From Pseudonocardiales bacterium (GTDB lineage: Bacteria; Actinomycetota; Actinomycetes; Mycobacteriales; Jatrophihabitantaceae): DNA of 64,000 nt. The stretch is taken from contig JAVHVN010000010.1 of assembly GCA_032160545.1 (NCBI GenBank), positions 4,016-68,015 on the forward strand. Reading direction: 5' to 3'. Shown here piece after piece: positions 1 through 8,929 of this stretch. Within the stretch, counting starts at the first letter, position 1. Every line of letters begins with the position of its first letter. The notes below the pieces were generated by a model. The model was not told where the DNA came from, searched no databases, and worked only from the letters and a program-made list of their open reading frames with translations. The translations under genes were made by a program, and so were the position numbers.

Positions 1-1
1 T

Positions 2-475
2 GCGTCGCGCGAGGACTTCGACCGCGTGCGGCCCGTCCTCGAGGTGCTCGGCGACCTTCACCTGGTCGGCGCTCCCGGCGCGGGTGCCGCGATGAAGCTC
101 GTGGTCAACACGACCCTCGTTGCGGCCATGGTCGCGACCGCGGAGGCGCTCGCGTTGGGCGAGGTGTTCGGGCTCGACGAGGGCCGCGTCCTGGACGTGC
201 TCGCCGAGTCGCCGGTCGCTGCGATCGTGCGTGCCAAACGGGCGAACCTCGAAGCCGGGCATTACCCGGCCAGCTTCGCGCTGCCGCTCGCCGCGAAGGA
301 CCTGCGCCTGGCGACCGAGGCGGCCGACCGCGCGGGCGTCGTACTCCGGACCGCCGAGAGCGTCCGCAGGTGGCTGGACGAGGCCGCGGACCAGGGTGGC
401 GCGGGTGCGGCCGGCGCGGACCTCGACTTCTCGGCCGTCGCAGCCACCGTCCTGCGGCGGCCGCTGCGCGCGTAG
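2..475 (+). CDS. NAD(P)-dependent oxidoreductase, 3-hydroxyisobutyrate/6-phosphogluconate dehydrogenase family, C-terminal part (5' end outside window)
   Basis: Frame is open from the window edge to TAG 473-475. GAGAAMKLVVN and AAKDLRLA blocks are typical of the HIBADH/6PGDH C-terminal domain. Confidence 0.75.
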   Translation, partial: ASREDFDRVRPVLEVLGDLHLVGAPGAGAAMKLVVNTTLVAAMVATAEALALGEVFGLDEGRVLDVLAESPVAAIVRAKRANLEAGHYPASFALPLAAKDLRLATEAADRAGVVLRTAESVRRWLDEAADQGGAGAAGADLDFSAVAATVLRRPLRA

Positions 476-524
476 CGCCGACTTGTGGCCGGTGCGGTGC
501 TCGCGTCGGAAGGAGCGTGATCAC

Positions 525-1571
525 GTGGCGATCCGTCGGATCGTGCTGATCGTGAACGAACGCAAGACCGAGGCGGTCGCGGCGGCGGGCGCCGTGCGGG
601 CGTGGGCCTGCGAGCACGGCGTCGCGTACACGGACCTGGACGTGGCGGGAGCCACGGACGCCACGGCCCTGACCGTCCACGGGCCGGCCCCGGTCGGAGA
701 CCTGGATCTGGTCGTCACCGTCGGTGGCGACGGCACGATGCTGCGGGGCGTCCAGCTCGCGGTATCCCTCGGCGCCCCCGTCCTGGGCGTGGACGCGGGG
801 CGGGTCGGCTTCCTGACCGAGGTCGGGATCGGCGACGTCCGCCGCGCGCTCGATGCCGTTCACGCGGGCACCGCAGGGATGGAGGAGCGCCTCACCCTGA
901 CGATGCGTGCCTCGCGGCCGTTGGAGATACCCGCCCAACTCGAGGCGATGACGTACGCCGGCGGGGCGGCGCTGCCGCCGCCCGTCGTGCGGCACGCGAT
1001 GCCGGACGACGTGGGGTGGGGTGTCCTGTCCGACGTGCTCGCGGAGAACGACGTCGTCGTCGAGAAGCTGGCCCGCGCCCGGCAGGCGAGCCTCGCGATC
1101 TACGTGTCCGGCCGCCTGTTCGCGTCGTACTCCGCAGACGCGGTCATCGTGGCGACACCGACCGGGTCCACCGCGTACAGCTTCTCGGCCGGCGGCCCGG
1201 TGGTCTCGCCTCAGCTCGACGGGCTGGTGTTCACTCCCGTCGCGGCGCACATGGTGTTCAACCGCAGCCTCGTGCTCGCATCGGACGAAGCCGTCGGCAT
1301 CCGGGTGCTGGAGCGCTCGGGACGGGTGGCGGTCAATGTCGACGGCCAGTTGCGTGGCGTGCTCGATCCGGGCGACTGGATAAGGGTGTACGCGGGACCC
1401 ACGCGCGCCCGGCTGGTCCGGCTGAGGCCGACCGACGTCCTGGGCCGGATCCGCGACCGCCTCGGCCTACTCGATGCCACGGCGGCGCTGGCCGACGGCG
1501 AGCCGCCCCCCATCTACCGGCCGGACGACCCGATCCCGGCAGACATGGCGCACCTTCGGCAGCCGTGCTGA
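525..1571 (+). CDS. nadK: NAD kinase
   Basis: GTG 525 lies 9 nt after AGGAG (511-515). VVTVGGDGTMLRG and ATPTGSTAYSFSAGGP are NAD-kinase signature blocks. The upstream part of track ORF 120..1571 is Arg/Pro-rich and overlaps the previous gene. Confidence 0.9.
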   Translation: MAIRRIVLIVNERKTEAVAAAGAVRAWACEHGVAYTDLDVAGATDATALTVHGPAPVGDLDLVVTVGGDGTMLRGVQLAVSLGAPVLGVDAGRVGFLTEVGIGDVRRALDAVHAGTAGMEERLTLTMRASRPLEIPAQLEAMTYAGGAALPPPVVRHAMPDDVGWGVLSDVLAENDVVVEKLARARQASLAIYVSGRLFASYSADAVIVATPTGSTAYSFSAGGPVVSPQLDGLVFTPVAAHMVFNRSLVLASDEAVGIRVLERSGRVAVNVDGQLRGVLDPGDWIRVYAGPTRARLVRLRPTDVLGRIRDRLGLLDATAALADGEPPPIYRPDDPIPADMAHLRQPC

Positions 1572-1575
1572 CGGG

Positions 1576-2103
1576 TCAGCGCCCGTGCGTGCAGCGCGCC
1601 ACCGCGCCGAGGCTCCTCGGCGCGGCCGGTGCGGTTGCGTCGCGGGGCCGCGTCGACATGCGGATCATGCAGTCGGCCGGCATGCGGAACAACGCGGTGC
1701 CCAGCGGCGTCCTGAGCGAACCGATCCCCGGGGCGGACTCGTCGCAGACGGCGACCATGAGGACCAGCCCTCCGCGGGGGACGAGCCGGCCGAAGGTGGC
1801 GAACCCTTCCTCGGAATCCGGCAGCGACACGGCGTAGGTCTCGCGCGGCGAGCCGGTGAGTGCGGCCATCGGACCGGACACCACGTCAAGGACGGCGAGC
1901 GCCGAGGCCAGCCAGCGTGCGTCGCCGGGTTCCGGGCCGGTATCCGCGAGAATCCTGACCTGGCAGTCCTCGGCACACGCGAGAACTGCGACGGACCGGA
2001 CGCCCGTGCGGGCCCGAGCCGCCGAGACGACCCGACCGGCGCACGTGGCGTCCCGGAATGCGAAGAGCACGACGTCCGCAGTGTCCGCAGTGACCGAATC
2101 CAT
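1576..2103 (-). CDS. hypothetical protein, no family recognised
   Basis: ATG at complement 2101-2103 (MDSVTADTADVVLFAF...). Composition is protein-like for about 135 aa, followed by a disordered Ala/Pro/Arg tail. Convergent with nadK with a 4-nt gap. Confidence 0.45.
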   Translation of the reverse strand: MDSVTADTADVVLFAFRDATCAGRVVSAARARTGVRSVAVLACAEDCQVRILADTGPEPGDARWLASALAVLDVVSGPMAALTGSPRETYAVSLPDSEEGFATFGRLVPRGGLVLMVAVCDESAPGIGSLRTPLGTALFRMPADCMIRMSTRPRDATAPAAPRSLGAVARCTHGR

Positions 2104-2257
2104 GCGACGAGCATCGCGGTGGGGTCCCTGTGTGTCTGCACAGCCAGCCCCAGGGCCGCACCCCAGCCAGCCGGTACGCAGCACGACAGGTGGCAATGAC
2201 GACAGCGTCGCAGTCGGGCGTGACGATCGGTAGCGACACGTCAGGACGGGAGAGGTC

Positions 2258-3694
2258 ATGCATTCCGTGCACAGGCAGCAAGCAACGGGCCCTACGCGTG
2301 AGGCGACGCCGCCGGCCGCAGGGGCGGCAGTCATCCGGCGCCACGTGCGGATCGGTGCCGCGATCACCGCGCTCGGCGGGCTGCTGTTCGGCTACGACAC
2401 GGGTGTCATTTCCGGGGCGCTGCTGTTCATCGGAAGGGACTTCCCGGGATTGTCGTCGTTCGACAAGGAACTGCTGACCAGCATCCTGCTCATCGGAGCC
2501 ATGATCGGCGCGCTGGCGGCGGGCCGGATCTCCGACCGGGTCGGCCGCCGCCCCACCGTGCTCGGCACCGCGGCCCTGTTCGTCGCGGGCGTCGCGCTGG
2601 CCGCCTTCTCCCCTGACTACGCCACCCTCGTCGCGGCGCGCGTCGTCATCGGGGTCGCGGTCGGATCGGCGTCGATGGTGGTGCCGCTCTACATCGGCGA
2701 GTTGGTCCCGCCGGCCATTCGGGGCGCGATGGTGAGCTTCAACCAGCTGGCCATCACGTCCGGCATCCTCATCTCCTACCTCGTCGACTACGGCCTGGCC
2801 TCGAGCCACAACTGGCGGTTGATGTTCGGTCTGGCCGCGATCCCCGCGGCGCTGATGTTCGCCGGGATGGTGATCCAGCCCGAGAGCCCGCACTGGCTGG
2901 TCGCCCACGGCCGTGAGGACGAGGCCCGCACCGTGCTGCGGCGGGTCCGTGCCGAGGGCGACATCGAGGCCGAGGTCGCCCAGGTCCGCGAGCTGTCCGC
3001 GCGTCGTTCGAGCATGCGCGACCTGCTGGCACCGGGGCTGCGACGGGTGCTGGCCGTCGGCGTCATGATGGCGGTGTTCCAGCAGATCACCGGCATCAAC
3101 ACGATCATCTACTACGCGCCGACCCTCCTGGCGTCCGCGGGGCTGGGCAACTCGGCGGCACTCCTGGCGAACGTGGTGAACGGCGCGGTCAACGTGATCA
3201 TGACGATCGTCGCGATCCGGCTCCTGGACCGGACCGGCCGCCGGCCGTTGCTGCTGGGCGGCACCGCCGGGATGGCGGTGGGGATGGTCCTCGTCGCCCT
3301 GACCTTCGCCGTGGGCGGCAGCCAGTTGCACGGCAACACCGCCTACGTCGCCATCGCCGGGCTGCTGGTCTACACGGGATCGTTCGCCATCGGGCTGGGC
3401 CCGGTCTTCTGGCTGCTGATCAGCGAGATCTACCCGGTCCGGATCCGGGGTCAGGCGATGAGCCTGGCCACCATGGCGAACTGGGGCGCGAACTTCGTCG
3501 TGACGATCTCGTTCCTCACGCTGCTCGGCGCGATCGGCACCGCGGGGACGTTCTTCCTGTTCGCCGGGCTGTCGACCGTCGCGTTGCTGTACTTCCAGCG
3601 GCGGGTGCCCGAGACCAACCATCGCAGCCTGCAGGACATCGAACGCGATCTCGGCCCGGCGCCGGCAAGCTACCCAACGTCGCGCGTCGCCTGA
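2258..3694 (+). CDS. MFS transporter, sugar-porter family
   Basis: Sugar-porter motifs present: FGYDTGVISGALLFI, GRISDRVGRRP, PESPHWL, GRRPLLL and PETNHRSLQDIE. Hydrophobic segment pattern fits 12 TM helices. Confidence 0.88.
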   Translation: MHSVHRQQATGPTREATPPAAGAAVIRRHVRIGAAITALGGLLFGYDTGVISGALLFIGRDFPGLSSFDKELLTSILLIGAMIGALAAGRISDRVGRRPTVLGTAALFVAGVALAAFSPDYATLVAARVVIGVAVGSASMVVPLYIGELVPPAIRGAMVSFNQLAITSGILISYLVDYGLASSHNWRLMFGLAAIPAALMFAGMVIQPESPHWLVAHGREDEARTVLRRVRAEGDIEAEVAQVRELSARRSSMRDLLAPGLRRVLAVGVMMAVFQQITGINTIIYYAPTLLASAGLGNSAALLANVVNGAVNVIMTIVAIRLLDRTGRRPLLLGGTAGMAVGMVLVALTFAVGGSQLHGNTAYVAIAGLLVYTGSFAIGLGPVFWLLISEIYPVRIRGQAMSLATMANWGANFVVTISFLTLLGAIGTAGTFFLFAGLSTVALLYFQRRVPETNHRSLQDIERDLGPAPASYPTSRVA

Positions 3695-3742
3695 CGCCGT
3701 TGCCGGATTCCGGGCAACCTGAGGCGCCGGACGCCGGCGGGC

Positions 3743-3768
3743 GATCAGGGCCGCAGCAGGCCCTGATC
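3743..3768. terminator. perfect 10-bp hairpin GATCAGGGCC-gcagca-GGCCCTGATC between convergent genes (candidate factor-independent terminator, no U-tract)
   Basis: Inverted repeat read directly. It lies 49 nt after the MFS stop and overlaps the last codons and stop of the CBM48 gene. Confidence 0.3.
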
Positions 3769-4017
3769 GGCCACGTCGGGGTCGTCGAACCAGACACCGC
3801 CGGAGCCGAGGTACCGGAACCGGACCTCGCGCCCCGCCGGCACCGTCACGGACACGCTGCGCGTGCCGTTGCGGCGGCGCACCAGCCGATGCGCCCCCGG
3901 CCGCCATTCGTTGAAGTCGCCGACGGCCGAGACCGGCCCGTCGTGGATGTCGTCCGGCAGGACGAACTGGATCTTCGCGGTGCCCGCTTGCTCGTCGCAG
4001 GTGATTCGTATCGCCAT
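3745..4017 (-). CDS. stand-alone CBM48 / glycoside hydrolase family 13 N-terminal (AMPK-beta-like glycogen-binding) domain protein
   Basis: ATG at complement 4015-4017 (MAIRITCDEQAGTAKIQFVLP...). VSAVGDFNEWRP and VRFRYL blocks are typical of the early-set/CBM48 domain. The longer track ORF start adds only low-complexity residues. Confidence 0.7.
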   Translation of the reverse strand: MAIRITCDEQAGTAKIQFVLPDDIHDGPVSAVGDFNEWRPGAHRLVRRRNGTRSVSVTVPAGREVRFRYLGSGGVWFDDPDVADQGLLRP

Positions 4018-4173
4018 CGTCCGGCCCTTCGTGCCTGTCGTCGCACCTCGTGTCGAGGCTGTCTGGAAGGTAAGCCGCGCTGTCTCGGGTCGGGCCGGCG
4101 ACACGCGGGCCGATATCATCCGTTAACGCACCAGCAGGGTTCTGCGCCCTGACCGGACGAGGGAAGAGGGGCC

Positions 4174-4491
4174 GTGGCTGCAGGGCACGAGGTGAGCGTC
4201 GAGCGCGACGGCGACAAGGTGCGGCTGGTGTTGACGGGCGAGATCGACCTGAGCGCGGCGCCCGACGTCGCAGTCCACGCCGAGCAGGCCCTCGTCGGCA
4301 ACCCCGCGACCGTCGTCGTCGACCTCTCCGGAGCGACCTTCCTCGACTCGTCGGGCATCGGGGCGCTCGTCGTGCTGACGAACTCGGCCGAGAGCCGGCC
4401 GACGACGCTGCACCTCAAGCCCGGGCCGCCGAACGTCATGCGGGTTCTCGACCTCGTGGGTCTGACCGATACCTTCCAGCTGGTCGACTAG
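4174..4491 (+). CDS. STAS-domain anti-sigma-factor antagonist (RsbV/SpoIIAA-like)
   Basis: GTG 4174 follows GGGAAGAGGGG. VVVDLSGATFLDSSGIGALV contains the conserved phosphorylatable Ser context. Confidence 0.85.
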   Translation: MAAGHEVSVERDGDKVRLVLTGEIDLSAAPDVAVHAEQALVGNPATVVVDLSGATFLDSSGIGALVVLTNSAESRPTTLHLKPGPPNVMRVLDLVGLTDTFQLVD

Positions 4492-4545
4492 CGTCCCCTT
4501 GGGGCCGCCCGCGGGGCGTGCCGACGCCCCCCGAGGAGGACGAGC

Positions 4546-5388
4546 GTGACCGAGGTGTCGGGCCAGGGGCTCGCAGCGGTGCTGCATGCCCACCGTGACG
4601 AGATCGTGCCGCGGTGGATCGACGTCGTGGCGCGGACCGCGCGCGGCCGGATCACGCCCGCCGAGCTCGAGAGCGAGCTGGGCACCGTCTTCGACGCGCT
4701 GACCGCCGGGCTGCACAGCGGTGCGACGGAGGGCACCGAACGCGGCTTCGGTGAGGCCCGGGCGCTGATCGCCGAGCTCTCCCGCAACCGGGCGCGCCAG
4801 GGCTTCTCGCCGACCGAGACAGCGGCGTCGATCTTCGCGCTGAAGGAGCAGCTGCTCGACGCCGTCCGCGCCGACGACGACGCCGAGGTCGCCACCGAGT
4901 TCGTCGCGTTCTCCCGCTTGCTCGACGAACTCGCGATGTACACCTTCGAGACCTATGTCGAAGCGCGCAACCGGATCATCGCCCAGCAGGCCGAGGAGAT
5001 GACCGAGCTCTCGACGCCCGTGGTGAAGCTCTGGGACGGCATCCTCGCCGTTCCGCTGGTCGGGACGCTCGATTCGGGGCGCACCCAGGTCGTCACCGAG
5101 AAGCTGCTGCACATGCTCGTCGAGACCGGCTCGGAGCACGCGATCATCGACATCACCGGCGTGCCCGCCGTCGACACGCAAGTGGCGCAGCACCTGCTCA
5201 AGACGGTGGTGGCCGCCCGCCTGATGGGCGCCGAGTGCATCATCTCGGGCATCCGTCCGCAGATCGCGCAGACCGTCGTCGCGCTGGGCATCGAGTTCGG
5301 CGACGTCGCCACCAAGGCCACCCTCGCCGACGCCCTGTCGATGGCGCTGCACCGCAGCGGCTTCAGCATCAGGCGGGTGACCTCGTAG
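4546..5388 (+). CDS. rsbR: stressosome scaffold protein RsbR-like (N-terminal sensor domain + C-terminal STAS)
   Basis: GTG 4546 follows GAGGAGGA. C-terminal STAS block is LSTPVVKLWDGILAVPLVGTLDSGRTQ...IIDITGVPAVDTQVA, with conserved Thr positions. Confidence 0.85.
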   Translation: MTEVSGQGLAAVLHAHRDEIVPRWIDVVARTARGRITPAELESELGTVFDALTAGLHSGATEGTERGFGEARALIAELSRNRARQGFSPTETAASIFALKEQLLDAVRADDDAEVATEFVAFSRLLDELAMYTFETYVEARNRIIAQQAEEMTELSTPVVKLWDGILAVPLVGTLDSGRTQVVTEKLLHMLVETGSEHAIIDITGVPAVDTQVAQHLLKTVVAARLMGAECIISGIRPQIAQTVVALGIEFGDVATKATLADALSMALHRSGFSIRRVTS

Positions 5389-5810
5389 TGGATCGGGTGC
5401 CGATCCTCAAGCTCGGCGACGTCCTGCTGGTCTCGATCCAGATCGACCTGGACGATCACACCGCACTCGCGTTGCAGGACGACCTCTCCGACCGGATCGT
5501 CGCGACCGGCGCGCACGGCGTGCTGATCGACATCTCGGCGCTCGACGTCGTCGACAGCTTCATCGGCCGGATGCTCTCGACGATCGCCTCGATCTCGCGC
5601 GTGCTCGACGCGCAGACCGTCGTGGTGGGGATGCGCCCGGCAGTGGCGATCACGCTCGTCGAGCTCGGGCTCCCGCTCACCGGGGTGCGGACAGCGCTCG
5701 ACGTCGAGAAGGGCATGCGGATGCTCACCGCGGCGATGGCCGCCGCGCAGCCGTCCGGCACGGCCGCCGAGGACGACCGCAGCCTCGAAGGCCCGGCCGG
5801 GTCACCCTGA
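5388..5810 (+). CDS. rsbS: stressosome STAS protein RsbS-like
   Basis: GTG 5388 overlaps the rsbR TAG by 1 nt (alternative GTG at 5397). Contains VPILKLGDVLLVSIQ and LIDISALDVVDSFIG (conserved Ser). Confidence 0.85.
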   Translation: MDRVPILKLGDVLLVSIQIDLDDHTALALQDDLSDRIVATGAHGVLIDISALDVVDSFIGRMLSTIASISRVLDAQTVVVGMRPAVAITLVELGLPLTGVRTALDVEKGMRMLTAAMAAAQPSGTAAEDDRSLEGPAGSP

Positions 5811-6223
5811 TGCCGATGGAAGTCACGGCGTCCGACGACATCCTCATCGCCGCCGACCAGGACGTCGTGCGGGTGCGCCAGGCGATGCGCGCCTTCGCGA
5901 TCAACGCCGCCCTGTCACTGGTCGACCAGACCAAGGCCGTCACCGCGGCGAGCGAGCTGGCACGCAACACCCTGACGTACGGCGGCGGCGGGACCGCCCG
6001 ACTCGAGCTGGTCGCCGACGACCTGCGCCGCGGCGTGCGGGTGACGTTCACCGACGACGGCCCGGGCATCGCCGACGTCGCACTGGCCCTCACCGACGGT
6101 TACACCACCGGCGGCGGGCTCGGGCTCGGACTGTCCGGGGCGCGCCGGCTCGTCGACGACTTCCACATCGACAGCGAGCCCGGCAAGGGCACCCGGGTCG
6201 TGATCACGAAGTGGGGCCGATGA
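5810..6223 (+). CDS. rsbT: RsbT-like serine/threonine protein kinase (HATPase_c, switch kinase of the stressosome)
   Basis: ATG 5810 overlaps the rsbS TGA by 1 nt. ELARNTLTYGGGG, DDGPGI and GGGLGLGLSGARRL are GHKL ATPase motifs. Length is about 137 aa, as for RsbT. Confidence 0.85.
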   Translation: MPMEVTASDDILIAADQDVVRVRQAMRAFAINAALSLVDQTKAVTAASELARNTLTYGGGGTARLELVADDLRRGVRVTFTDDGPGIADVALALTDGYTTGGGLGLGLSGARRLVDDFHIDSEPGKGTRVVITKWGR

Positions 6224-6241
6224 GGCCGCGGGCGTACTGAC

Positions 6242-7246
6242 GTGGAGACGCTGCGCACCGGCTGTCAGTGGTTCTCCGTCGACGACGCCTCGGCCACCGG
6301 GTCGATCCGGCGCGCAGCGGTGCGGCTCGCGCAGTCGCTCGGGTTCGGCGAGGCGCGTACGGGTGAGGCGGCCATCGTGGCGAGCGAGATTGCCGGCAAC
6401 GCCTGGCTGCATGCGCCGGGCGGGGCCGTGGCCCTGCAGGTCGCACTGCGCGACGGCGTCGCCGGCGTGCGCGTCGTGTCGTCCGACGACGGCCCGGGCA
6501 TGGTCGACCTCGACGTGTCGAGCACGGACGGTCACTCCACGACGGGCACGCTCGGCCTCGGGCTCGGCGCGATCGGCCGGCTGTCGTCCGTGGTCGACGT
6601 GAGCACCCAGCCTGGCCACGGCACGGTGCTCGTGGCCGACCTGTGGCCCGAGCAGCCGGCACCCGAGCGCATCGACGTTGCCGGCCTCACGCGACCCATC
6701 GGCGGTGAGGAGCAGTGTGGCGACGCGGTCGCCGGGTTCGAGTCGGACGGCACCCACCTGCTGCTCGTCAGCGACGGGCTGGGTCACGGCGCACTCGCCG
6801 CGGCGGCCTCGCTCGAGGCGGTGGACGCGTTCCACAAGGCGGGCATCACCGAGCCGGGGGCCCTGCTGACCGTGCTGCACCAGCGGCTGTCAGGCACCCG
6901 TGGTGCAGCGGCGGCGGTCGCCGCGATCGACCCCGACTTCAGCACGGTGCGCTTCGCCGGGGTCGGCAACATCAGCGCGTTCGTCGACGACGGGGAACGG
7001 CGGCACGCGCTGCTGTCCGCGCCCGGCATCGTCGGGCACCGGATGGCCGGCGTTCGGACGACCGAGCTGCCTCTCGGTGCGGAGTCGGTCCTGGTCATGC
7101 ACAGTGACGGGGTGCGAGAGACCTGGGACCTGCGCGCCGTGCCCGGCCTGGGCCGACGCTCGTCGCCGGTCATCGCGGCCTCGGTCTTCCGGGTCGCGGC
7201 GACCCGCCGCGACGACGCCTCAGTCGTGGTGGTCAGGACGCGATGA
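6242..7246 (+). CDS. fusion of an RsbW/SpoIIAB-like HATPase_c kinase domain with a PP2C (SpoIIE-type) phosphatase domain (RsbX-position feedback phosphatase)
   Basis: The N-terminal half has EIAGNAWLHA, DDGPGM and GLGLGAIGRL. The C-terminal half has GDAVAG...LLLVSDGLGHG...VLVMHSDGV, which are PP2C metal-binding blocks. Confidence 0.8.
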   Translation: METLRTGCQWFSVDDASATGSIRRAAVRLAQSLGFGEARTGEAAIVASEIAGNAWLHAPGGAVALQVALRDGVAGVRVVSSDDGPGMVDLDVSSTDGHSTTGTLGLGLGAIGRLSSVVDVSTQPGHGTVLVADLWPEQPAPERIDVAGLTRPIGGEEQCGDAVAGFESDGTHLLLVSDGLGHGALAAAASLEAVDAFHKAGITEPGALLTVLHQRLSGTRGAAAAVAAIDPDFSTVRFAGVGNISAFVDDGERRHALLSAPGIVGHRMAGVRTTELPLGAESVLVMHSDGVRETWDLRAVPGLGRRSSPVIAASVFRVAATRRDDASVVVVRTR

Positions 7247-8862
7247 GCGGTGTCACCGTCCTCGTCGTCGACGACCAGCCCGACGGGCGCGCGGCGCTTC
7301 GGGTCCTGCTCGAGCGGGCCGGCTACCAGGTCGTCGAGGCCGAGTCCGGTGCCGAGGCGTTGTCGGCCCTCGGCCGCCGCCGGGTCGACTGCATCGTGCT
7401 CGACGTCCGGCTCCCGGACATGACCGGGCTCGAGGTGTCCGACCGGGTCAAGGGCAATCGCGCGACCGCGGCGATCCCGGTCCTGCACGTCTCGGCGCTC
7501 GACGCGTCTGCGACGGACCGGTCCCAGGCGCTGCACCGCTCGGCCGACGGGTATCTCGTCAAGCCGGTCGACCCCGACGAGCTGCTCGCGACCGTCGCGT
7601 CGCTGGTGCGTTACTACGAGGCCCGCCGCACCGCCGAGCGGCTCGCGGCCCGCTTGGAGCGGCTGCACCAGGCGACTCTGCTCATGAGTGCCGCGCCGAC
7701 GTTGGCCGACCTCTGCCAGTTCGCCGCGACCGGGCTCGTCTCGATCTTCGGCGCGAGTTCAGCGGTCATGGTGACCCGTGACGGCAACGGGCGGATCGCG
7801 CAGGCGGCGCCCAACGACCTCGAACCCACGGTGCGCCCGTACCCCTCGGCCCGGGTGCTCGAGCTAGCCGAAGCCGCGTTGCACGGCGACGTGACCCGGG
7901 CAGCCGCCTTTCGTGACCTGTTCGGCGACACCGGCACGCTGGCGCTCGCCTCGGCGATCACGACGCCGCGCGGCGAGCTGGTCGGCGCCCTGGTGCTGAC
8001 CGCCACCGACGAGCACGGGGACGAGGCCCTGATGCTCGACCACTTCGCGCAAGCGCTGGCGGTGGTGCTGGAGAACCAGCGCCTCTACGCCGTCGAGCAC
8101 CAGACCGCGCTCACGCTGCAGCGGTCGATGCTGCCGAGCGTCGTCCCGCAGACCGACGAGCTCGAGGTGGCGGTGCGCTACCTCGCGGCGAGCGACACGG
8201 TCGAGATCGGCGGCGACTTCTACGAGGCAGTCCAGCTGACGGACCAGGTGACGATGCTCGCCGTCGGCGACGTCGTCGGGCACTCGCTGTACGCCGCCAC
8301 CGTGATGGCCGAGCTGCGCCACACCCTGCGCGCCTACGCGACGGTCGGCATGAGCGCGCCGGACATCCTGTCGCGGCTCGGCACCATGCTGCGCGCGTCG
8401 CACCCCGGGGTGACGGCGACGTTGTGCATCGCCGAGGTCGACGTGCGGGGCGAGCTGCGCGTCTCGAACGCAGGCCACGTCCCCCCGCTCGTCCGAGCCG
8501 ACGGCGTGAGCAGCTATGTGCTCGGTCACGGCCCGTTGCTCGGGATCGCCTCCGCCCGGCCGACGCCGGTGGTCACGGTCGCGTTTCCTGCCGGTTCCGA
8601 GCTGCTCATGGTCACCGACGGCCTGATCGAGCGCCGCGGCGAGGACATCGATGTCGGTCTCGAACGCCTGCGCCTGCTGCTCCAGTCGCACGTCGGCGAC
8701 GCCGAGGCACTCTGCGATCACGTGTTACAGGATCTCGGCACCGCACACGAAGTGTTCGACGACGTCGCCATCGTCGCGGTCCGCCGGCGGCTCGCCGGGG
8801 ACTCAGGCGCCTCGACGCACGGACGAACGGGCCGGCACCCCCACGCCGACCCGCTCGCCTGA
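7243..8862 (+). CDS. response-regulator receiver + GAF + PP2C (SpoIIE-type) phosphatase (RsbU-like output phosphatase)
   Basis: ATGA overlap with the previous gene. REC motifs VLVVDDQ, IVLDVRLPDMTG and GYLVKP. A central GAF-like segment. C-terminal IGGDFYEA...AVGDVVGH...LLMVTDGLIE are PP2C blocks. Confidence 0.85.
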   Translation: MSGVTVLVVDDQPDGRAALRVLLERAGYQVVEAESGAEALSALGRRRVDCIVLDVRLPDMTGLEVSDRVKGNRATAAIPVLHVSALDASATDRSQALHRSADGYLVKPVDPDELLATVASLVRYYEARRTAERLAARLERLHQATLLMSAAPTLADLCQFAATGLVSIFGASSAVMVTRDGNGRIAQAAPNDLEPTVRPYPSARVLELAEAALHGDVTRAAAFRDLFGDTGTLALASAITTPRGELVGALVLTATDEHGDEALMLDHFAQALAVVLENQRLYAVEHQTALTLQRSMLPSVVPQTDELEVAVRYLAASDTVEIGGDFYEAVQLTDQVTMLAVGDVVGHSLYAATVMAELRHTLRAYATVGMSAPDILSRLGTMLRASHPGVTATLCIAEVDVRGELRVSNAGHVPPLVRADGVSSYVLGHGPLLGIASARPTPVVTVAFPAGSELLMVTDGLIERRGEDIDVGLERLRLLLQSHVGDAEALCDHVLQDLGTAHEVFDDVAIVAVRRRLAGDSGASTHGRTGRHPHADPLA

Positions 8863-8929
8863 CGGGGGCGTACCCGTTTCGTCCGGAGCCGAATCGTGCC
8901 GGCGGGTCATTGGTGACGGCGGCGCTCGT

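Noticed and set aside
4122-4142. Sigma-B/sigma-F-like promoter (GTTAAC ... GGGTTC) upstream of the STAS antagonist gene.
   Set aside because: The spacer between the two hexamers is only 9 nt (11 nt if counted from GTTA). That is too short for the GTTT-N12-17-GGGTA type promoters. It cannot be supported without a mapped transcription start.
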